From: Chthonomonadales bacterium
GTDB lineage: Bacteria > Armatimonadota > Chthonomonadetes > Chthonomonadales > CAJBBX01
Assembly (NCBI GenBank): GCA_049967475.1
Contig: JBMFSQ010000010.1
Coordinates: 32,001-96,000 of the forward strand
Direction: 5' to 3'
Length of the DNA: 64,000 bases
Shown: one piece after another, positions 57,631-64,000 of the stretch
How positions within the stretch are numbered: the stretch's first letter is position 1
Layout of the letters: the number at the start of each line of letters is the position of its first letter
Program-made: the position numbers and the translations under genes
Notes under the pieces: generated by a model
What the model saw: the letters and a program-made list of their open reading frames with translations, nothing else
Databases searched by the model: none
Told to the model about the DNA's origin: nothing

Positions 57631-59103
57631 CTACAGATACCCCAGGTCCTCCAAACGCCGGGCGATCTCGGCCTCTTCCTCCGGAGTATACGTCCATGGA
57701 GTATCCGGAAGATCCAGCACAGAGCGCCCCATCCCCGGAGGAGGCGTGATGCCGAAGGCATTCAAGATGGTCGGAGCGATATCGTAGATGGACATCCCTT
57801 CGCGATAGATGCCCCCAGCTCTTCCGGACCGGACGGCATCCATACCCGCCATCAAACAGATACCGTACTGTCCGTGGTTTGCGTCATCGGGGCCTGTGTC
57901 GTTCTCGTGCACCCAAATCGTTCCGCGCCCCACACTTCCCACCGACCGCCAGTTGAGGTCGCCAAAATAAACGATGAGATCCGGCGGCACGTTGTTGCAG
58001 GCGCCATAGATCTCCTGCGGGAGGAACACCCGAGTGCCGATAGGGTTGCCGTGTTCGTCGGGGAGAGCTTCCAGACGGGAGGCGAGTTCCTTGCGCAGGG
58101 GCTCGTAATCCTGAGGGCGAACCGTGCCGGCGGGCTCGCGACCTTCAACGTTGAGGAAGAGCCTGCCGTAGTACCCACCATCTCCCCACGCCTTCGTGCG
58201 CTGCCAATCCACCATCTGGGGAGTAAGCTTCACAGGCTCCTTCGGTTGTTCGCGAAGAACAAGGTATCCCTCCTGCATGAGCCATTCGTTGATGCAGATG
58301 CCGCCGATCATCCTTTTGGCGCCATGGTCCGACACGACGAGCACCAGCGTGTCGTCCGGAAGGAGGTCCAGCACTTCCCCCACCATGCGATCGAGTTCCA
58401 CATAATAATCGCGGATGGCGCTTTCGTATGGGTTCCCCGGTTCGTAGAGAGGATGATCGCGGTCAAAGTATCTCCAAAAGCCATGGTGGATGCGGTCCGG
58501 CCCCATCTCTACCATAACGAAGAGGTCCCATGGCTTGGTGGTGATCAGGTGCCGCGCCACCCGAAAGCGCTGTTCCGTCATCTGATAGATCTGGCCGAGA
58601 AGCCACTGCTTGTCTTCCGTGCGGAAATTGCGCACATCCAGCATGTAATTCGGGGCGACCTCCAAGATCTCCGTGCGGAGATCCGCCGGATAGGTGAAAT
58701 TGCTCGCCGTGTCCGGAGCCAGGAAGCCGCTGACAAGAAGGCCGTTCACCGGCCGCGGCGGATAAGTAAGTGGGACACCCAGTAAAATCGCTCTCTTCCC
58801 GGCCTGAGCCAAAAGGTCCCACACCGCAGGCTCGCGCACCATGGAACTGTTGGCGAATGTGAGCCCTTCGTAGGAGTGATCTTTTCGATTGCGGAACCCG
58901 TAGATGCCCAGCGTGCCGGGATCCTTCCCCGTCATCATGCACATCCATGCAGGGACAGTGATGGGCGGGATCGTCGATTCCAGCGGTCCGTACCACCCTG
59001 CAGACATGATGCGGCCAAGGTTGGGCAGAGCCGGGCGGAACAAATCAAACACCAGGTGCGGGTCTGCGCAGTCGAGACCGATGACACAAACGTTGCGTTT
59101 CAT
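57631..59103 (-). CDS. Alkaline phosphatase superfamily (nucleotide pyrophosphatase/phosphodiesterase-like)
   Basis: IGLDC, STIPPITVPAW, DRIHH, VSDHG, NH; tail RLEDLGYL. Confidence 0.88.
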   Translation of the reverse strand: MKRNVCVIGLDCADPHLVFDLFRPALPNLGRIMSAGWYGPLESTIPPITVPAWMCMMTGKDPGTLGIYGFRNRKDHSYEGLTFANSSMVREPAVWDLLAQAGKRAILLGVPLTYPPRPVNGLLVSGFLAPDTASNFTYPADLRTEILEVAPNYMLDVRNFRTEDKQWLLGQIYQMTEQRFRVARHLITTKPWDLFVMVEMGPDRIHHGFWRYFDRDHPLYEPGNPYESAIRDYYVELDRMVGEVLDLLPDDTLVLVVSDHGAKRMIGGICINEWLMQEGYLVLREQPKEPVKLTPQMVDWQRTKAWGDGGYYGRLFLNVEGREPAGTVRPQDYEPLRKELASRLEALPDEHGNPIGTRVFLPQEIYGACNNVPPDLIVYFGDLNWRSVGSVGRGTIWVHENDTGPDDANHGQYGICLMAGMDAVRSGRAGGIYREGMSIYDIAPTILNAFGITPPPGMGRSVLDLPDTPWTYTPEEEAEIARRLEDLGYL

Positions 59104-59179
59104 AGATATTTGTCCTCATACATTAATTCTGGACGTAACTTCACTGCGATAGCTGCCTCAATGCAACCGGACGACGTCA

Positions 59180-60367
59180 TCAGATAAGCCCAAGATCCTT
59201 ACCTACCCGCCGGAATGCCTCAAGAGCATCATCGAGGTCCTTACGGGTGTGCGACGCGTTGGGCATGGTGCGCACACGGGCCTTCCCGCGAGGAACGGTG
59301 GGGTAAACGACAGCCAAGGCGAGGACACCTTCTTCCATAAGGCGTTGCTGCAACAGAAGCGCCTTGCCTTCGTCGCCGGTCATTACCGGAGTGATGGGCG
59401 TTTCGGTAGCGCCGATGTCGAAGCCGATCTCTGTGAGGCCATGCTGCCAGTACCGGGCGTTCTCCCATAGACGCTGTGTAAGGGAAGGATCCTGTTCCAT
59501 CAGGTCAATTGCCGCGATGCATGCCGCTGCGACTGCAGGGGGATGGGCAGTGCTGAACAGGAAGGGCCGGGCCCGCTGCGTGAGCCAATCCCGAAGCCGG
59601 GCACTGCCGGCAATGTATCCCCCCATCACACCCACCGCCTTGGAGAGTGTGCCCAGTTGAATATCCAGGCGATCATGAACGCCGAAATGATAGGCGGTGC
59701 CGCGTCCGCCGCCCAAGACGCCGGAACCATGGGCATCGTCCACCATCACTGCAGCGTCGTACTGTTCAGCAAGCTGCACAATGCCGGGGAGAGGCGCGAT
59801 ATCGCCGTCCATACTGAAAACGCCATCGGTGATGATGAGGCGCTTTCGATACTGCTGCGTCTTCTTGAGCACATCCTCCAGCGAGTTCAAATCCTTATGC
59901 TTGTAGATGGGGCGCTGCTCACTTGGCAGCCCCGTCAGGCGGCAGCCATCTATGATGGAGGCATGGTTGAGCTCATCCGAAATGATCACGTCTTCCCGCG
60001 TGACGATGGCAGGGATCGTGCCGGCGTTTGCGGTGAAGCCGGATTGAAAAACGATGGCAGCCTCCACATGCTTGAAGCGCGCGATGCGCTCTTCGAGCTG
60101 CTGGTGCAGCGCCATTGTGCCGATGATGGTGCGGACCGCTCCGGCGCCGGCCCCCCATTGCTCTACGGCCAGAATGGCGGCCTCCTTGAGGCGCGGATGG
60201 TTCGCCAACCCAAGGTAGTTGTTGGACGACAGGTTCACCACCTGGCGGCCGTTCACCGTGATGCGGCCTCCCTGCGGTGACTGCAGCTCTACCAAGGGTT
60301 TGTAGAGGTTCTGCGCCTTGAGCGCTCCGAGCTGATCGTCCAGCCAGTTCTGCAGTGTGGTGTTCAT
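59180..60367 (-). CDS. kbl: Glycine C-acetyltransferase
   Basis: [40 protein letters not shown]; adjacent to tdh. Confidence 0.9.
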   Translation of the reverse strand: MNTTLQNWLDDQLGALKAQNLYKPLVELQSPQGGRITVNGRQVVNLSSNNYLGLANHPRLKEAAILAVEQWGAGAGAVRTIIGTMALHQQLEERIARFKHVEAAIVFQSGFTANAGTIPAIVTREDVIISDELNHASIIDGCRLTGLPSEQRPIYKHKDLNSLEDVLKKTQQYRKRLIITDGVFSMDGDIAPLPGIVQLAEQYDAAVMVDDAHGSGVLGGGRGTAYHFGVHDRLDIQLGTLSKAVGVMGGYIAGSARLRDWLTQRARPFLFSTAHPPAVAAACIAAIDLMEQDPSLTQRLWENARYWQHGLTEIGFDIGATETPITPVMTGDEGKALLLQQRLMEEGVLALAVVYPTVPRGKARVRTMPNASHTRKDLDDALEAFRRVGKDLGLI

Positions 60368-60492
60368 GCCGTTTCACCTCTGAAATCTCAAGCTCCGGCG
60401 TCTTTTACACCGAGCGAATATCGCCCTTATTTCAGCACACCTAGCGCATCGGTCAAAGCCGGGAGCCCCTTCTGCGGCGCCGGAGCCGTCGT

Positions 60493-61524
60493 TCAAAGCT
60501 CGAATACCACTTTGCCGCACGATCCGTCCCGCATGAGAGCCATGGCACGGTCATACTCATCGAAGCAGAGCTTGTGGGTAATCGCCGGTGCGATCACCAG
60601 CTTACCGGAAGCCAGCATATGCTTCATAACGGTCCACGTTTCATAGAGCCTGCGCCCTACGATGCATCGCACTTCCAACCCCTTGAAGATCATATCTTCT
60701 GCCACATCCAGTTCCACATGGCGTGAGGGGATACCCATGAGCGACACGCGCCCTCCCCTGCGCGTAATCCGCATGGCCTGTGCGATGGCTACGGGCGCTC
60801 CGGACATTTCGAGGGCTACGTCTACCCCCAAACCATCGGTCTTCCTGTTGATGAACTCCTCGCAGTTCTCTTTGGACGCGTCGCACACGTCTGTAGCTCC
60901 CAATCGCCGGGCGAGGTCGAGGCGATATGGCCGCACGTCCACTGCATAGACGCAAGCGGCCCCGGCTGCCTGAGCCACCGCCACAGCAAAGATACCTATG
61001 GGGCCGCAGCCCAACACCGCCACCGTTCGGCCTACGATCTCGCCGGCGAGGGTTGCATGCACAGCATTGCCCAGAGGATCCTGGATGCACGCAATCTCCA
61101 GAGGCAACCCAGGATCGTTTACCCAAACGCTGGCCGAAGGCACCACCACGTATTCGGCGAAGCACCCGTCAATGTCCACGCCGAGGATGCGCGTATTGGA
61201 GCACACGTGCTTCTGGCCGTTCCTGCACTGGTAGCAAATGCCGCAGACCAGATGCGATTCCCCCGACACCAGATCCCCGGGCCGCACCCCTTGTACCTCG
61301 GGCCCCACTTCCTCTACCCGCCCAACGAACTCGTGGCCCATGACGCGCGGAGGCTTTACGCGCTGAGCGGCCCAGGCGTCCCATTCGTAGATGTGGGCAT
61401 CGGTCCCGCAGATGGAAGTCATCAAGACACGAACAAGCACATCGTCAGGTCGGCGCACCCTGGGTTCGGGGATCTGTACGAGGGCGGCACCCGGCGTCGC
61501 ATCCTTCTTGACGATGGCTTTCAT
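60493..61524 (-). CDS. tdh: L-threonine 3-dehydrogenase
   Basis: SICGTDAHIY.WD, GHEFVG, CGICYQC, DPLGNAVH, GRRLYETW. Confidence 0.93.
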   Translation of the reverse strand: MKAIVKKDATPGAALVQIPEPRVRRPDDVLVRVLMTSICGTDAHIYEWDAWAAQRVKPPRVMGHEFVGRVEEVGPEVQGVRPGDLVSGESHLVCGICYQCRNGQKHVCSNTRILGVDIDGCFAEYVVVPSASVWVNDPGLPLEIACIQDPLGNAVHATLAGEIVGRTVAVLGCGPIGIFAVAVAQAAGAACVYAVDVRPYRLDLARRLGATDVCDASKENCEEFINRKTDGLGVDVALEMSGAPVAIAQAMRITRRGGRVSLMGIPSRHVELDVAEDMIFKGLEVRCIVGRRLYETWTVMKHMLASGKLVIAPAITHKLCFDEYDRAMALMRDGSCGKVVFEL

Positions 61525-61701
61525 TCATTCTGCTCCTTTGCAGTAGAGGCTTTACCCGTGTAGCGGAGGCGTCTCAGCGAAGCCGGTGAACGGAGCGGCG
61601 CGTAAGGGCCTGGGTAACCCTGCCCGGCCGCTCGTCCGTCATCCTCGAAGCACGCGCAAACTCCGCGTACAGTGTACCCTCGCCTGCAATCAACGGGCGG
61701 C

Positions 61702-63510
61702 TTATCTTCGTCCGGCCTCCAGCGTGGCCTGGAGGGTCAATATCCGGCCACCCCGACGCACCGCAACTTCAACGGTGTCGCCTGGTTTGTTTTCGCCCAG
61801 GGCCATGGCGAAGTCTTGAATGCTGTGGATCGTTCTCCCGCCGATCCGCACCAGAATGTCGCCAGCCCGAATGCCCGCCCGCTCCGCAGCACTGCCCGGA
61901 CGAATTCCGGAAATCATTACCCCATCCACATCGGCGGAATAGTCGGGGATCGTTCCTAACGACGCGCGCAGCCGAGCCGGTCCCCCTTCCTGAACCGGAG
62001 CCGCTATGCGCCGATATTCCGGTCGTGCAGGCAGATCTGCGATCCTCCAGGCGACTTCGGCTACGTAATCCAGCACAGCCGCTTCTCCAGCATAATTGAT
62101 CTTGTCCGCCGTGTCCCCAGGGCGATGGTAATCCGAATGCAGGCCAGTAAAGAAGAAGAGGACGGGAATGCCTGCCCCGTAGAACGATTGCTGATCGCTT
62201 CCTCCGAAGCCGCTCTCGCTGCGGACAATGGTCAGGCCTCGCGCATCCACGCCGGAAAGAAGGCCGTCCCACTGCGGAGAGGTACCCGAGCCGAGAACAA
62301 TGAGGCGCTTCTCGCGAAGCCGGCCGATCATATCCATGTTGATCATGGCGATGGTATGGTCGAGGGGGATCAGCGGATGGCGCACATAGTAGGAAGACCC
62401 GAGCAGTCCCAGTTCTTCCCCGGAGAAGCAAACGAACAGGATCGAGCGTTTCGGCCTAACCTGGGCCTTCGCAAAGCGATCCGCCAAAGCAAGCACTCCT
62501 GCGGTCCCCGAAGCATTGTCATCGGCACCAGGGTGCACAGCAGGCTTGCGGCTCTCTGCGAGGGAGTATGGCCCGCCCATTCCGAGGTGATCCATATGCG
62601 CTCCGATTACGACCACCTCGGCGCTGAGGACCGGATCTCTCCCCGGGAGGAGCCCGGCGATATTCGCCGTAACACGCCTAACCTTGCGCACATCGGTCCT
62701 CAGCCGCACGTGGACCGGCAACGGAATGGAATGGGGCTTTGATCGCGCCTGATCTTCCTCTCGATCCAAATCCAGCCCTCCAGCCTTCATCCATCTCCGC
62801 GCTGCAGTGCGGCGAAGCAATAGGACGGGGATCCCCTCGTCCGATGGAACGGCATCGTTCTGGAAGTGAGGAACGTCGCTGTCGGACGAGGACACCACCA
62901 AAACTGCGGCTGCCCCCAAATCCCTGGCAACGGCGGCCTTCCGCTGTACGGACCCGTAGCCGTAAAGCGGATCATGCGGATCGCGGGCGGGGCTGCCTGC
63001 AAGCAGAAGCACCACCTTGCCCTGAACCTGGGCGTCGCGATAATCGTCCCATTGAGGGTCGGCGGACCGGATGCCGTATCCGGCGAAGAGCACGTCGCCC
63101 TCGGCTGCGCGCGAAGCGGAGATAGAAGCAGGCTCGAAATCCACCCCAGCCCGCAGCCGCTCCGCAACTCCTCCGATCTTCGCCTCAAGAGAATTCCGGC
63201 GCCCCGGGGCGCTTCCGGCAACAAAGGTGAACGGCTGAAAGTAGCCGGTTCCATCCATGGAAGCCGTGGCATCGTGCTGATGGTCGGTTCCTAGAGCCTT
63301 GAGCCCCGCACGCCGAAAGCACTGCGCGATGAATGCCGCCGCCCGGTCATTCCCTGCCGTTCCGGAGGCCCGCCCGGCCAACCGCTGCGAGGCGAGAAAC
63401 TCGATGCGGTGTTGCAAAACCGCCAGTTCATGCGTACCCTGCCCGATTGCCGGGGATGCGCCGATTAAGACGGCGAGCATTCCTGCGGATAACGCCCTTT
63501 GCAACGACAC
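61702..63510 (-). CDS. M28 peptidase with PA and PDZ domains
   Basis: GAHMDHLG, GADDNASG, GEELGLLGS, DYHRPGD, C-terminal PDZ; signal peptide. Confidence 0.92.
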   Translation of the reverse strand: MSLQRALSAGMLAVLIGASPAIGQGTHELAVLQHRIEFLASQRLAGRASGTAGNDRAAAFIAQCFRRAGLKALGTDHQHDATASMDGTGYFQPFTFVAGSAPGRRNSLEAKIGGVAERLRAGVDFEPASISASRAAEGDVLFAGYGIRSADPQWDDYRDAQVQGKVVLLLAGSPARDPHDPLYGYGSVQRKAAVARDLGAAAVLVVSSSDSDVPHFQNDAVPSDEGIPVLLLRRTAARRWMKAGGLDLDREEDQARSKPHSIPLPVHVRLRTDVRKVRRVTANIAGLLPGRDPVLSAEVVVIGAHMDHLGMGGPYSLAESRKPAVHPGADDNASGTAGVLALADRFAKAQVRPKRSILFVCFSGEELGLLGSSYYVRHPLIPLDHTIAMINMDMIGRLREKRLIVLGSGTSPQWDGLLSGVDARGLTIVRSESGFGGSDQQSFYGAGIPVLFFFTGLHSDYHRPGDTADKINYAGEAAVLDYVAEVAWRIADLPARPEYRRIAAPVQEGGPARLRASLGTIPDYSADVDGVMISGIRPGSAAERAGIRAGDILVRIGGRTIHSIQDFAMALGENKPGDTVEVAVRRGGRILTLQATLEAGRR

Positions 63511-63641
63511 GGGTGCCCATTCCTTCCTTAAGGAGGCGCTGCAATCACGAAACACTCCGGAGCGAGGGCCGCAGACACGGCAGAATCCTTCCTGCGATCC
63601 ACGAAGCACAAGAGAACCTCTGCGCGAGTGCGCCACACGCA

Positions 63642-64000
63642 TCAAGGTGTAACACGCATCCCGCCTGTGTAGATCCAGGCCCGGTCCTCGCCTCCAACAG
63701 AAAGCCATGCTTCTACGCGGTAGAGGCCCGCTTCACGAAGAGGCACGGACAAGTGCCTTCCTTTCTGCTCCGTCACGACCTGACCGTTTCGGATCAGCCG
63801 CAATGTACATGAAACCGGAACCTCCACCTCCAAGAGCGGGCGCTCTTTGGCAGACACTGTGTCGCCCACGGTGCCCGTACGCCCGCCGGATCGCAACAGA
63901 AAGGCGGATCCGCTGGGATCGGCGATCCAATCGAATGCCACATACGTCCGCCCGTGGCGCAGCGCTTCCTGCAGCGAGGCTTGCGTGCATTCCTGAGCCA
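63642..64000 (-). CDS. C-terminus of a PHP-type metallohydrolase (5'-truncated by window)
   Basis: LQEALRHGRTYVAFD..LIRNG..GLYRVE..WIYT. Confidence 0.6.
   Translation of the reverse strand, partial: AQECTQASLQEALRHGRTYVAFDWIADPSGSAFLLRSGGRTGTVGDTVSAKERPLLEVEVPVSCTLRLIRNGQVVTEQKGRHLSVPLREAGLYRVEAWLSVGGEDRAWIYTGGMRVTP

Noticed and set aside
57280..58785. Long antisense ORFs (also 6728..7969, 13293..14399, 30227..31357, 36392..37303)
   Set aside because: They mirror well-supported genes on the opposite strand, as expected at high GC, and have no recognisable motifs
61525..61700. Glycine riboswitch or T-box upstream of tdh
   Set aside because: Lacks the GGAGA/CCGAAG/CTCAGG and AAGGTGGTACC-type motifs
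1..64000. tRNA, rRNA, CRISPR array, IS element or prophage
   Set aside because: No cloverleaf signature, spaced direct repeats, transposase, integrase or phage genes recognised by eye; tRNAscan and Infernal would be decisive

Overview
GC-rich bacterial chromosomal segment with about 60 densely packed CDSs. I found no tRNA, rRNA, CRISPR array or transposase. The gene content (two DUF1559-type prepilin-like proteins, a GntR-LacI fusion regulator, five xylose-isomerase-like TIM barrels, SurA, NamZ, heptose and dTDP-rhamnose genes) suggests a diderm, probably Armatimonadota; this is inference only. Main blocks in order: (1) DtxR-regulated feo operon with split FeoB and an unannotated 7-Cys protein; (2) gap-pgk-tpi operon interrupted by YccA, OsmC and a TIM-barrel gene; (3) fucosidase, zinc-ribbon ABC exporter and DUF1854; (4) surface-glycan cluster (galE, rmlACBD, split hldE flanking a deoxyhypusine-synthase-like protein, polyprenyl-P phosphoribosyltransferase); (5) DinG and an XRE-TPR regulator; (6) an FGSW triple-repeat protein divergent from a DUF455-like diiron protein; (7) miaA-hfq-dapF-tlyA; (8) a GntR/LacI, prepilin-like and 56-aa membrane-peptide module; (9) GT2/O-antigen ligase cluster, mnmA, tdh-kbl and an M28 peptidase. 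The best candidates for an undescribed system are the sugar-regulated prepilin module, the repeat-protein/diiron pair and the DHS-like gene in the heptose cluster. All family assignments come from motif recognition by eye, not database searches.
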